This document shows positions 41,974 to 59,619 of a stretch of 64,000 bases of DNA, piece after piece. The DNA is from the human T2T-CHM13v2.0 reference genome, Homo sapiens: the NCBI RefSeq assembly GCF_009914755.1, contig NC_060938.1; one strand, given 5' to 3'. Numbering within the stretch: the stretch's first letter is position 1; the number at the start of each line of letters is the position of its first letter. The notes under the pieces were generated by a model. It was not told where the DNA came from. It did not search any database and worked only from the letters and a program-made list of their open reading frames with translations. Position numbers and translations under genes: made by a program.

Positions 41974-42092
41974 TACACTGCTCAGGTGATGGGTACACCA
42001 AAATATCACAAGTCACCACTAAAGAACTTGCTACTAATGTAACCAACTACCACCTGGTCCCCCAAAACATTTGGAAATTTAAAAATTAAATA
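41974..42092 (+). mobile_element. Tiny L1PB-type 3' end insertion nested in L1MA
   Basis: 'tacactgctcaggtgatgggtacaccaaaat...caccactaaagaact'; perfect 13-bp TSD aatgactacaatt at 41961-41973 and 42093-42105. Confidence 0.85.
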
Positions 42093-45000
42093 AATGACTA
42101 CAATTACTTTTGAAGATATAGTATAATAAGCTATAAATAGAAACAACAAAAATATTAAAAAACGGGGGGGATGAAGTTAAAGTGTAGTGTTCTTTTTTTC
42201 TTGCTTGTTAGCTTGATTTTTGCTTTTGCAATCAGCATTAATTTGTCATTAGTTTAAAATAATGGGTCATAAAATGCTATTTGCAAGCCTCCTGGTAACA
42301 TCAAATAAAAAATACAATACATAAAAAATAAACAACAAATAAAAACATACCATTAAAAATTTACATTTACAAAAAAATGAGAGGAATTAAAAAAGAAAGG
42401 AGGAGAAGACCACAAAACCACCAGAATACAAATAACAAAATGGCAGGAGTAAGGCCTTACTTGTCAATAATAATATTGAATATAACTGGACTAAACTTTC
42501 CAATCAAAAGACATAAAGTAGTTGAATAGATGAAAAGCAAGACCTAACAATCTGTTTTCTACAAGAAACACACTTCACCTATAAAGACACACATAGACTG
42601 AAATATAAAGCAAATATTATTATATTGGAGCTAAAGAGAGAGATAAGCTGGAGACTAATAGCTGGAGACATCAATACCCACTTTCAGACAGAAAATCAAA
42701 AAAGAAACATCAGATTTACTCTGCACTATAGGCCAAATGGACCTTATATATATTTACAAAACATTATATCTAGTGGCTGCAGGTTACACGTTCTTCTTCT
42801 CAGAGCATGAATTAGTCTTGAGGATAGGCCATATGTTAGGCTTCAAAACAAGTATTTAAATATTCAAAAAATTGGAATAATATCAAATATCTTTTCTGAC
42901 ACAATAGAATAAAACTAGAAATCAGTAATTAAAGAAATTTGGAAAACTCTACAAATACATGAAAATTAAACAACATACTCATGAATAACCAATGGGTAAA
43001 TGAGGACATTAAAAGAGGAATTTAAAAACTTCTTGAAAAAATGAAAATGTAAACACAACATATCTAAATCTATGATATATAGCAAAGGAAATACTAAGAG
43101 GAAAGTTTATAGCAATAAGCACCAACGTCGAAAAGTAAAATCTTTAAATAGACCCTAATGATGCATATTAAAAAAATTAGAAAAGTCAGAGCAAACCAAA
43201 ATCAAAATTATTGGAATAAAAGAAATAATGTAGATTAAAGCAGAAACAAATGAGATTGAAATTTTAAAACAATACAAAAATCAATGAAATAAAAAGTTCA
43301 TTTATTGAAAAGATAAGCAAAACCTTTAGCCACACTAAGAAAAAAAAGACAGAGGACCCAAATAAATACAATCAGAGATGCAAAAGGAGACATTACAAAA
43401 AATACCACAGAAATTCAAAGGACTACAAGAGGCTACTAAGAACAACTATATGCCAATAAATTAGAAAGCCTGGAAGAAATGAATAAATTCCTAGACACAT
43501 ACAAACTACCAAGATAGAGCCAGGAAGAAATCTGAAACCTAAATAGATGAGATCAAAATTGAGACCAAAGCTGTAATAAAATGTCTCCCAGAAAAGAAAA
43601 GCCTGGGCCAATTGCTTTGCTGATAAATTTTACCAATCATTTAAAAAACTATACCAATTCTACTGAAACTATTCCAAAAATAGAGAAGAGAATACTTCCT
43701 AACTCATTCTATAAGGTTAGTATTAACGTGACAACAAAACCAAATACACATAAAAAAAGAAAACTACAGGCCAATATCCCTGAAGAATATTGATGCAAAA
43801 ATTCCCAACAAAAATACTAAAAAACTGAATTAAATGACACATTAAAATGATCATTCATCATGACCAAATGGGATTTATCTCAAGGGTGTAAGGAAGGCTC
43901 AACATATGTAAATCAATGTGATACATCATATCAACAGAATAAAGAACAAACTTCATATGATCAGTTCAAATGATGCTGAAAAACTATTTGATAAAATTCA
44001 ACATACTTTCTTGTTAATAACGCTTGAAAGACTGGGTATAGACAATACATGCTTTAACACACACAAAAAACCACATATTATAGACTCACTATGAGTATAA
44101 TACTGAATGGGGAAAAATACTGAACGCCCTCCCTCTAAGATCCAGAAAATGATAAGGATGGCCCCTGTCACCACTGTTATTCAACATAGTACTGAAAAAT
44201 CATAGCTCGAGCAGTAAAACAAGAGAAAGAAATAAAGGGCATCCAAATTGGAAATGAAGAAGTCAAATCGTCAATTTTTGCAGATGAAATGATGTTATAT
44301 TTGGAAAAACCTAAAGATTCTACCAAAAAAACTATTAGAACTGATAAACAAATTCAGTAAAATTGTAGGATACAAAATCAACATACAAAAATCAGTGGTG
44401 TTTCTATATGGTAACAGCAAACAATCTGAAAAAGAAATAAAGACAATAATCCTATTTACAATACCTACAGTAGACTAAGATATCTATGAATAAACTTAAC
44501 CAAAGACATGAAAGATCTCTACAATGAAAACTATAAAACACTGATGAAATTACACAGGATGAAAAAAATGTGAAGATATGTTATGTTCATGGATTTGAAG
44601 AACCAATATTGTTAAAATGTCCATAGGACCCAAAGCAATCTACAGATTGAATGCAATCTCTATCAAAATACCAATAACATTCTTCACAGAAATATAAAAA
44701 TAATTATAAAATTTACATGGTACCACAAAAGACCCAGAATAGCCAAAGCCATTCTGAGCAAAAAGAACAAAACTAGAAGAATCATAGTACCTGACTTCAA
44801 ATTATACTATAGAGTTAAGGTAACCAAAACAGCATGGTACTGGCATAAAAACAGACATATAAACCAATGGAACAGGAGACAGAACCCAGAAATAAATCCA
44901 TACATCCACAGTGAACTAATTTCAACAAAGGGACCAAAACACACATTGGGGAAAGGACAGTCTCTTCAATAAAAGCGGCTGAGAAAACTGAATAGCCATA

Positions 45001-45195
45001 GCAGAATAATGACATTAGTTACTTATCTCTCACTATATAAAAAAAATCAAATGAAAATAGATTAAAGACTTATATTTGTGACCTGAAACTATAAAGCTAT
45101 TAAAAGAAAATATTGGGAAAAAATCTACAGGATATTGGCCTGGGCCAATATATCCTTAATACCCCAGAAGCATAGGCAATCAAAATGAAAATTGA

Positions 45196-48285
<3,090 letters not shown>

Positions 48286-49188
48286 TGCTTCTGCACAGCA
48301 AAGGGAACAAGTAATAAAGTGAGGAGACAACCCACAGAATGGGAGAAAATATTTACAAACTATTCATTTGACAGTGGATTAAAAACTAGAATATGTAAAG
48401 AGCCCAACAACTCAATAGGAAAAAAAATCGAATTATCTGATTTTAAAATGGGCAAAATATCTGAATAGACATTTCTCAAAAGACGTAAAAATGACAGATA
48501 CAAGAAAAGGTACTCAACATCATAGCCCATCAAAGAAATGTAAATCAAAATTACAGTGAGAGATTTCTTACTGTATGAGAAAAAAATGATTAAAATGCTT
48601 TTTATCCAAAGACAGGCAATAATGAATGCTGATGAGGATGTGGAGAAAAGGGAACCCTCATAGTACATTGTCCCTGGGAATGTAAATTACTACAGCCACT
48701 ATGGAGAACAGTATAAATGTCCCTCAAAAAGCTAAAAATAGAACTACCATATGATCCAGCAATCTCACTCAAGAGAAAGGAAATTAGTATATCAAAGACA
48801 TATCTACCCTCCCATGTTTACTGCAGCGCTATTTACAATTACCAAGATTTGGAAGTGTCTGTTGACAGATGAATGGATAAAGAAAAAGTGGTACATATAC
48901 ACAATGCTGTACTATTCAGTGATTGAAAGAATTATGTCCTGTCATTTGTGATATGGATGAAACTGGATGACATTTTGTTAAGTGAAATAAGCCAGGCATA
49001 GAAGGTCAAGCTTCATACATTCTCACTCATTTGTGGGAATTAAATATTAAAATAATGGAACTCATGAAGATAGATAGTTTAATGATGGTTATCAGAGGCT
49101 GGGAAGGGTAGTAGAGTTGGGAGAAATGTGGGAATGGGTAATGGATACAAAAATATAGTACGATAGATGAATACAGTTTAGTATTTGA

Positions 49189-49530
<342 letters not shown>

Positions 49531-50099
49531 CAGATCTAGTATTTGATAGCACAACAAGGTGATTACAGTCAACAGTAATTCCTTGTACATTTTAAAATAA
49601 CTAAAATTAAAAGTATTATTGGAATGTTCATAACACAAAAAAATAATAATTGCTTGATGTGATGGATACCCCATTTACCCTGATGTGATTATTATGCATT
49701 GTATAATGTGTAAAAATATCTCATGTACGCCATAAATCTATACACCTATGGCGTACCCACAGAAGTAAATTTAAAAATTTTTTAAAAAGACTTAACTAAG
49801 ATAAAATGATCAGAGGTGAAATTAGTAGAATGGCTCTGTAGCAGCTATCATAGTAATTAAAGGTAGTGACCTGGTAGAAATTTGACTTGAAAGAAATTTC
49901 AAAGTACTTGGCTGTGTGTTGAGACAGTTTCCCATATGACATTACAGAAAGCTCTACTTATGTACAAGAATTGTGGCAAAAATCTAGTGATACACGTCAA
50001 TCCTCTTTTGCTCTATATTTGAAGCCAAATAAGCTACAACTGTTATAGAGGAGAAAATCAGCTAATTTAATATCCTGAAACAATGACTTCTTAGATATA

Positions 50100-51120
50100 G
50101 TGAAATAAATATCTTAAAATTACAAAAAAGCAGCCAACAAATGACTCAAAAGAATAAAAAACTGAAATAGAATAACGTATTTTATAAATAAAGAAGAAAA
50201 TGATGAAGCAGAATAAAATAATACACTTACTAGTCAATGACCTGATACAAGTTTTTTGAAAATAAAAAAAAGGCAAGAAAAATGACAAAAAGAAAGTGAT
50301 AACATAAAATGTATGGAGTAGATTTTTAAAAATAAGAGAATGTAATTTTATACTAATTACTTTGAAGTTGTTTCATAATGATGATCCTCCCATACATTTA
50401 AATTGTTTACAATGTCACATAAATGGTGGAAAGTTTGATCAGACCAGTAAATTTATTCAAAATTAAATTGATAATCAGATATTTACTCATAAAAAGTACT
50501 CATCTGGGATATCATATGCCCAAGTTCTATTACATTTCAAGAAAAGTTGTTTTTAATATTTCAATATGCATATATTTAAATACACATTTAAAAATTTAAA
50601 AGATTACTAGTTTTTCAAATAATTCTGCATGCTGAAATAGGTTATCAAATCTAAAAAAAGAAAAGCAACATAGGAAAGTCCTTGAAAAATATATTAATAC
50701 AAATTTTAAATACATGTTTGGAAATTCACCCATCTAATCCTTGAAAAATATATTAATACAAATTTTAAAAACATGTTTGGAAATTCACCAATCTAGATTA
50801 ATCACGTCCATGTGAGATTTATCCCAGGAAAACAAGGATGGTATAATAATTGGAATATCAGCATGTGAATTAGTGCTACTGAACTAAGTAAGAGATTAAA
50901 GAAAATAAAACGCATGCTGACAAGGTATTTGATCACCTTCAATACAAATTCAATTAGGGGAAAACAGAATAGTTTCATGTTTATTACATAAATAAAGTTT
51001 ATACATATATATTTTATAAGGTTAGGATTTATAATATATATATACTACTTATACATAATATGCTTATAAGCATTTCTCTTGCTACAGGATGAAAATAATG
51101 ATGTCTTCTACCATCAAACA
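50100..51120 (+). mobile_element. Highly decayed L1M ORF2 fragment
   Basis: 'gtgagatttatcccaggaaaacaaggatggtataataattgg' and 'atgctgacaaggtatttgat' are degenerate RT-region motifs. Confidence 0.6.
50679..50796. repeat. 59-bp tandem duplication
   Basis: 50679-50737 versus 50738-50796, three mismatches. Confidence 0.92.
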
Positions 51121-51243
51121 GCCAAAGTTTAATGGCAACAAAATTCTTTCCTTACTTGCCCAATAACAAATTATTGAATTGTGGCTTAACCGATTTTAGA
51201 TGGAACATATTTTACCTGCCAATATTGCATAATTTGTTATTAA

Positions 51244-51550
51244 GGCCAGGTAGGATGGCTCACACTTGTAATCCCAGCATTTTTGGAAGCAGAGGGCGGA
51301 GGATCGCTTGAGGCCAGGAATTTGAGACCAGCCTAGGTAACATAGTGAGGCTCCATCTCTACACAATTTTGTTTAAAAATTAGCAAGGCATGATGTTGTG
51401 CACCTGTAGTCCCAGTTTCTCGGGAGGGTGAGGCGGAAAGAATAGTTTAAACCCAGGAGTACGAGGTTCCTTTGAGCTATAATTACACCACTGCACTCCA
51501 GCCTGGGCAACAGAGTGACACCATGTCTCTAAAATAAAGTAAAATTTAAA
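51244..51550 (+). mobile_element. AluJo-like
   Basis: 'ggaggatcgcttgaggccaggaatttgagaccagcctaggtaacatagtgag'. Confidence 0.9.
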
Positions 51551-52614
51551 ATTTGTCCCTGCATTTATGTCAAATTCCAAAGTCTTTACTTCTGGTATCT
51601 TTTTAAGCCAATATGCCAATGTATTGGACATGGCAACTTTGAGATAGCTAAGCCAATCTTTATATTTTGAAATTGAATCCAAAATAAAATCTAAAATCTC
51701 TTCTTTGTTCTAGTAACTTTCCATCCAAAAGTCTTAGTTTTCTAGAAAGACACTTATTGCAAATTCTGAACATCTTAATTGTTTTTTCTCCACTATATAT
51801 TTTAAGTAAATCTTATCTAGGAAAATGTCTAGTGTCTTAGAATGTTCATTGAGAAAAATCTTAGTATCCTAAAATTACAGGTTATTCTAGTAATTTCTAC
51901 TAACTGAAAATAATTTAACATTTCAAATCACTATCAAATGATTTGGTATTAAAATATCTCATTCTTATAATATGTATGAACACATGTTTGATCAACATTG
52001 TCTGGTGGTGAAACTTAACTGTTGCATAATATAATGGATTATTTAAGACTCCAAGGATATTCCTTCAGTGTTTAGCATAATACATTCCAATGGTGATCCA
52101 ACAATTAATAAGTTTAGGTGTGTCTGGAACAATATTACTGGATTAAAAACTTGCTCAGTTTATATATATATACATATATGTAAAAGATATATATATAAAA
52201 GATCAGTTTATATATGTAATATAAAATACATAATGCAAATGTCAAAATGTTTAGTTAACTAGTATTTCAAGTATCATTTAACAATAAAATATGAATCTCT
52301 GCTTCTGCTCAATTTAGCTGTGAATCTTAAATGGCTCAAAAATGAAGTATATATAGAGTATATATAGAGAGAGACAGTGTAAATATATATATTTGATGAT
52401 AAAATAACGCTTTTTAATATAAGATCACTTTATCTCAAATATCATAATTTTCAAAAGTAATTTAGATGTTTTACTAATTTTCCTTTTTTTCTTTTTTCCT
52501 TTTTAAATCTGGCCTCAATTAACATGACATTAATTTGAAATTAATTGCTTAGGTATAGGTATTTCTTTATAACAATACAAAATGGATTAATAGGGAAAAA
52601 TTGGTACCAAACCA

Positions 52615-53020
52615 TGTTAACTTACTATGAATTCACACTTCTTCTTATGTTAAGGGAAGGGGCAAGAGGAATGAAATGAGATAAAGACGTGACTGATGAC
52701 CACAGACATCTGAGCAACAGCAAATGTCTGGGGAGGTTGTGAAATTTCTTCAGTCTCTTCAGATAATGTAGGTCAGGTCACTGTTCTTATAAATCTTTAA
52801 CGTAACACTGTTACTTGTGGGTACACTCCCTTACCTCCTCAGGCGTTAGTTTTGGTAAAAGGAGTCTTATCATTTCTTTTAGTTGAACTGTAAGCTAAAT
52901 TCCTTCTGTAATTAGCTGGTCTAGGTGCAGAGCTAACCAGAAGCTTTTAACCTAAAGGAAATTACTGCAGGGGATCAGATGCAAGAATGGAATCAGTCAC
53001 GCTAAGCCTCCCTCCACTGG
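52615..53020 (-). mobile_element. ERV1 MER4-group-like LTR fragment
   Basis: 'gttcttataaatctttaac...gttgaactgtaagctaaattcc...gaatggaatcagtcacgctaag' resembles MER4-group LTR antisense; subfamily uncertain. Confidence 0.4.
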
Positions 53021-53264
53021 TATATATGTATGTACTAATACATATTACTAAATAACATATACCTGTGTTGCATATTACATAGGTAATATGCAAATCATAT
53101 GTTATCAGACCGAAGAATTTAATCTGCTATCAAAACATGAGCAATACCTCCTGATGCAAAGAGTGTAGATTGAGAAAGAGTTGAAAGTTTGACACCAATA
53201 GGCTTTCTAGGGATTTGAACCATCTCTTCATAAACTTACACCATCAACTTCTGCCTTGGTCTCC

Positions 53265-53600
53265 TTTCAACTGTGATACTTCCACTTGATGATGGAATAA
53301 TAAAGGACTTTTAGGCATGCCTGGCTTTATGGTTAGGTAGATGCATTAATGCCTCTTAAGATGTGCAGCTCTGGTATCATGATCTCCTGATATCCTTTCT
53401 TCATTCCTTTAATGTGAAACTCAGCCCAGTAAAAAGCAGGAACTATTTTTCCAGAACGGAATAGTTACTTGCGAAAAGGTGGTTGGATCATTTACAAACT
53501 CCTAAGAGATTGCATTGTGACTCTACTGTAGAGCCTGCTACAGGTTCAGTAACAGTTTCCTGATCAAGTTTAAATACTCTGGGCACCATTAGACATGGCA
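53265..53600 (-). mobile_element. ERVL internal (pol) relic
   Basis: Minus strand yields degenerate NYSxxEK.....YWA, M.PEL.I, HK..HA and SIIKWK, matching the ERVL pol connection region (NYSPFEKQLLACYWAL...MRPELPIM...HKVGHAQ..SIIKWK). Confidence 0.6.
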
Positions 53601-55433
53601 TATGAGTGCCAAATGGTATATATGTTTGCAATATTGGCAAGAGATATTGAACAGCTTAATTTATTCTGCCTCTACTTAAATATAGAAGCAGAAATATAGT
53701 ATGTGCTCCCAAATTCAAGTTACCAACTTAAGTATCCTGCCTCATTTTTAGAGATAAAAAAAAGAAGCTTATTCCATGTCCTTTAGTAAGTAAAGACCCT
53801 TTGAAGCGTCACACATCAAGACCTTTCCTGAGCAAGCAGCGTCTTGTAAAATGGTGGCATTAAACTTCTCTTCTCTGTGACATGATTATTTTCAGAATAT
53901 CAAGCCCAGGGTACCTGCTCTCTGGTTCCTGTCAGCATGATGTAAAAATATGGTGATCAGTTAGCTGGTTAGAATCTGAGATGCTTGAAACTAAGATTGT
54001 GGAGAGGCTGTAGTTATCAATGATGATAAAGCATAGTTTCTGACCATAGTGGTTGTTAATTTAACTTAGAGAAATGGCACCACTGAATGGAGGATCACAA
54101 AGAACTGCAAGCACAGAATGTTGGATATTTTAAACAGATCTTATATTTGGATATTGAAATAATTATGAAAAATAACTTAAATAATAGTGTGGAATGGGAT
54201 ACCATAAATAAGTTAATACATCAACAATTAAGGAGAGTGGCCAAGAAATTGACAATTAAAAAGAGCAATGGTGTTCAATCGAATAACATTTGCTTTTCAA
54301 ATGAGAAGAAAGTGTCAGAGAGATAAGAAGTATTTTCAAAGTGGCCTTGGGATGTAAGAAGAATACACACAGTAATTCATATAATTTTGGGGAAATCAAA
54401 TTCTTGTCCTTTGAGGACAAGAATGTTTGAGTTTGTGCAAAAAGGTGAGATAAAAGCAACTGGAAAAGGAATCAAGGATTTAGAAAAGTATAATGATGGT
54501 ATATCATGAATACCAGCAGAAGCAATACAATGATTTCAGCAAACACTGAGGATTGTGAGGGAGAGATAATAGAGAAAATTTTCTATACAATGACTCTTGG
54601 CCTAGGGGAAGTTAATGTATCAGGTTGACTGTAGTAAACGCTATTTAAAGCATGATGATATTTGCTCTCAAAGTTCAGGAAAACCAGTAATCAAAGTATG
54701 TCTCATAGATTTAGCAAGAAGTTTTGAACTTACTGCCAACCAAATTGGTGTGTGAGCCTCTGGGATGCAGAAGGACCACCCAGATGTCATGATCTGTGAT
54801 GCCAAACTAGTTTTTAGGAGGGGCTATTTACCTGAGATTAGGAGACATAGAGACCTTAATATGGTGAGGAGAATAAACTGCCAAGAAAATTCTATTCATA
54901 AATTCCAGAGGCTGGATGTGTTTCTCCAGAGGCTGGAGAAAGCATCAAAAAATATAGATGTTGAATAAAAACATCAGAGGGTTTCACCTTGAATTACTGG
55001 AATTAATAATTGCAACTCTTGGCATTCGTTGAACTGTGTAAATATCACTAACTATAGTGAACATCTGAAGCAGTCAATCCAATTAAATGTTTGATTCCAA
55101 GACATGTTTTAAATTTGGTCATATAGGTTTGTATAAATCATCTGTTAATAAAAAAGTTTCTCTGTAATACTTTAAAAACAGTATGAATCTCTTTATATAC
55201 AGAAATTGGCTTTACTCAAAATAATTTACTAATACATATTGCTATGAATTTTAATTAAAATAGATTAAATATTTATGATTAACATACAAATATCCATTTA
55301 AGATTTTAAAATTATATCATTTACTTTTTTTTTGAAATTGATTTCCTCACATTATATCAGATAGTACAGGATTCAGTCAAATCCTCTTAGCCTGGCATTT
55401 GCAACTCTCTCAGGCGAATGCTTTTCACCATCT

Positions 55434-55465
55434 CTAATCCAGCACTCACCTAATCCAGCACTCAC
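55434..55465. repeat. Perfect 16-bp tandem duplication
   Basis: ctaatccagcactcac x2. Confidence 0.92.
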
Positions 55466-56201
55466 ACTATGGTTAATATTGATTTCATAGGTACCTCAAG
55501 TCTTATTCTTATATCCGATATGTAATGAAAACCACTCTTGAAAAATCTACCAAATATCTCCTTATTCTCTTTATTTCTTTTATGTAGTCCATAAAATACA
55601 CTACGGTCAGCCTTGATTGAAAGATTGCTATTAACTTAGATTCTTCTTGAATGTATTTCCCTTTTTTTCACTTTCTTAATTTCTTCTCACAGTTTAGGAT
55701 GCAGGTAATTTTTGTGTTTTCACAAATCTTTTTTCAGCTTCTAATACGTGTGTTTAAATTTATAAAATGTTGTGATTTGTATTTTTCATTTTGTCCACTG
55801 CTTTAGAATTTTATTTAACACTCGTATTGTGTATGTCCATATAGCAAATGAAAATGTGACTTCATGTAAGTAAGGACTTTAAATTCATTTCCTCATGTAT
55901 ACAGTTATATGTTAAATAGACAAATGCTTAATTAGAAAAACATGAGTGATCACAGTCATTTGTCTTTATCTAAAAATATATTAGTTTTATCTCTTTGTGT
56001 ATATATTTTTTCTATTATTTCTTGTAAAAGAGAACAGAAGCCAAAAATTCTGACAAAATTATGTCAAGATTCTTATTCATGCTTCTAATATGTTCCTTCG
56101 TATGACATAACTCATATTCAGAAGTTTCAGCTACAGAAAATTTTTATAGGTAAAAAATCATGTATAAAGAGAATGTTTAGCACTTCATTAGCTAAAGCTA
56201 T

Positions 56202-56739
56202 TGTTAAAGAAAATATCCACACGGAAAAGATGAGTAAACAGAAGTTGATTTTATTCTAATACTATTGCCAGCAATAGGGAAAAACGACAGACCAAGCCTG
56301 GAGACAGCCTTGCTGAAATAACAGGAGGGAGAATTTTTAAGAGTTGAGATGGGGAGATCATAAGCCATCTGTGTTTGCTAATCTTCTTCACCCAGAAGAA
56401 AAATAAACTTTCTCCTATCTTCACAGTAGGAGATAGTTTTACAACTGTGATCAAGGTGCCCACCTAAGTTAGGCTCCTACCCTACCACAGAAATTGCAGG
56501 ATGGTGTGATATTTTCCTTGATGATTACATTTCAAAAGGATACCTCCCACAGCCCGGAGAAATACAATCCTGGGTTGTAAAACTGGCAATAAGCCTTTTA
56601 AATAGATTTACATCTCAAAAGGACAAGGAAAGAACTTACAACTTTTCTGTAGCAAATGATCTAAGGAAAAGGAGGTCAGGAAAAAGCCTGTCTAAAATTT
56701 AGTCAAATTGAGGCAAACGTTAAGGCAGTGTTTTAGTCA
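56202..56739 (-). mobile_element. MER67/MER31-like ERV1 LTR
   Basis: Shares 'ttctcctatct', 'gattacatttcaaa', 'agatttacatctcaaaa' and 'agcctgtctaaaatttagt' with 9171-9709; TG...CA ends. Confidence 0.7.
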
Positions 56740-56855
56740 GTATTCATTCAAGGACAATGTATTTTCTTCAGGCTTAATTATTTTCTTAGAAAATACATTT
56801 TATTTTAAGTTCTTAAAAATACCTATAACTTCGGAAAATGATAGCAATTACTTAG

Positions 56856-57216
56856 TGTCTTAGTCTGTTCCTGCTGATATAACAAAATACCGCAGACCAG
56901 GTAATTTAGAAATTTATTCATGGTTCTGGAAGCTGGGACGTCCAAAATCAAGGCACTGTCAGATTCAGTGTCTGGTAAGGGCTTGCTGTCTATTCCATAG
57001 TTGGAGCCTTGTTGCTGGATCCTCACATGGCAGAATAGGTGGAAAGATAAAACTGGTTTCCTGAAGCCCTTTGATAAGGGAGTTAATACCATCCATGAAG
57101 GCAGAGCCCTCATGACCTAATCACCTTTCAAAGGCCCCACCCCTTAATACCATCACCTTGGAAGTTAAGTTCCAACATAAGAATTCTGGGGGAACACCAA
57201 GATTCAGATCATTGTG
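56856..57216 (-). mobile_element. MSTD/MLT1A-like MaLR LTR
   Basis: 'tgtcttagtctgttc...cctcacatggcaga...gagccctcatgacctaatcacc...ttcagatcattgtg'. Confidence 0.85.
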
Positions 57217-58954
57217 CTTGTTTTCCAACTAGGCTTAATTATTTACCTAACCCAAACGTTCCTGTAATGTTTCATCTATTCCACCGGTATCCAGCTATGA
57301 TATTCTACAAATGTCTGTCTTTCCCACGACATACTGAATTATTGAAGGTTAATGACTATACACATATATGGGTATATTAATACATAAACACACAACTCTC
57401 TATAAATTAGAGGGGCCTAATATTGGCTGTTTCCTGATAGCTGAGTCAGAGTAAAAATCTAGTGGATGCTAACAAGATTTATGATAGTCTTTCTTGAAAG
57501 ACTAGACATTGCAAATATGAATGGTTGTATATTTTTAAATAAAGTATTTTTTTAGAAAAACTTTTCTGGAAGATTTTCTTGATATTTCTAAATTTACTTT
57601 TAGTATAGCTCTTTCAATGATAAAGTGTACTAAAAGTCATATTTACTTCATTTCAAAAAATACTTCAAATCAAAAAATAAAACGGAAAGATGAACTTCAT
57701 CAGTAGCTGCTGTAGTTGCAAAAAGCTATATGAAGACATGAAAAACCAATTAATAGTAAGGAATGGATCAGAATAAAAATAATGATTGTTATATATTCCT
57801 GCAGTCCCTACAGATAATTAATCATCATTATTTTAGTTCCTAAAGAATTTGATGGGTTATTTTTTAAATGCTCAGTAATATTAGAGGTATAAAAGTTTAT
57901 TTGTGGCACATTGTTGATCTCAATGCCACAATTAAGAGATACTGAATTATGATAATGCCTGAAATTTCTGGCCAACTTTATTACATGCATTTAGCTTCCT
58001 AAACACAAGTTCACAGTATCTTTATGATTTCTGCTCAGAATTTCATCAAAAGTATATGAATTATTCTTCTATGTTTATGTGAAGAATTCATTGAATTTTG
58101 GTTATCTTATATTTGAATGTCACTTATTATTTAGGGAAAAGTTAATAATCTATTGCCAGTTTTTCTCTGTGTGAAAAACATAAATTCCATGTATATTTTC
58201 ATATTCTTCAATAGGCACAAGTAGAATGTAAATTCAGAGAGAGAGGGAAAAAATAAGTTGTTCAGTAGAATAAAGCTCTAAAACATGAAATGACTTTATT
58301 TTAAAACTCAAATCCACACAGTATTTATTAAAAACAGTGGATTACACATTCTGATATCAACATTAGAACTAATTAAATTATATCAACCCCGTTATCTTTT
58401 TTTCCTCAGAGACTAAGTTCAGTGTTTCATCCATAGCCCATTAAGGATAAATGTTACACACATCTTCTTCAGAAACTGTGTTAGTAGCTGAAGCATGTAA
58501 AAATTTTACCACTGGGAGTTTTAAAAGAAATGAGAAAAAGACATCCACAAAGAAATATTTGCAGGGAAACTTCCCTCAAACTGGACTTTTCTACTACCAT
58601 AAGGTTTGTTTGATACAAAATATGTGTATATGTTTAACAAAGATATAATTTAGAAGATATCCAAAATATAACTTAAGAAGAGACCAAAAATTGATATATT
58701 TAATATAATTAGTAACTTTATTAAACCTACATGAAATTCAACCTTGAAAATGCCAATATTTTACATAAAATTTTTACTTCAGAGCATTTTACACAGTATT
58801 CTATCTTTCACACTGGTCATTTATATCAGAGCCTCTGTGCCCTCGTGTGATTGCCTTGAGTTTTAAGATGTGCTGGTCATCAGAATATTTTTTTCTCATC
58901 TGTTGAATTAAATCATATCAAATATCAGCAGGTGAATTTTATGGATAATAATAT

Positions 58955-59619
58955 TGTGTCCAGAGTTTATTCCTTCTGAAGGGTTCTTGGTCTCGCTGAC
59001 CTCAAGAATGAAGCCACGGACCTTCATGGTGAGTGTTACAGCTCTTAAAGATGGTGTGTCCAGAGTTTGCTCCTTCAGAGGTGTCGAGTTTCTTCCTTCC
59101 AGTGGGTTCGTGGTCTCACTGACTAAAGGAATGAAGCCGCAGACCCTCACAGTGAGTGTTACAGCTCATAAAGGTAGTGCAGACCCAAAGAGTGAGCAGC
59201 AGCAAGATTTATTGTGAAGAATGAAAGGACAAAGCTTCCACAGCGTGAAAGGGGACCCAAGCGGATTGCCACTGCTGGCCTGGGTTGCCAACTTTTATTC
59301 CCTTATTTGGCCCCGCCCATATACTACTGATTGGTACACTTCACAGAGTGCTGATTGGTCCATTTTACAGAGTGCTGATTGGTCCATTTTACAGAGTGCT
59401 GATTGGTGCATTTACAATCTTTTAGCTAGACACAGAGCACTGAATGGTGCGTTTTACAGAGTGCTGTTTGGTGCATTTACAATCCTTTAGCTAGACACAG
59501 AGCGCTGATTGGTGTGTTTTTACAGAGTGGTGATTGGTGCATTTACAGTTCTTTAGCTAGACAGAAAAGTTCTCCAAGTCCCCACTTGACCCAGGAAGTC
59601 CAGCTGGCTTCACCTATCA
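58955..59619 (-). mobile_element. Solo short LTR12-family (ERV9) LTR, 665 bp
   Basis: 'tgtgtccagag' to 'cacctatca'; tandem 'gtgctgattgg' repeats; perfect 4-bp TSD ATAT at 58951-58954 and 59620-59623. Confidence 0.95.
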
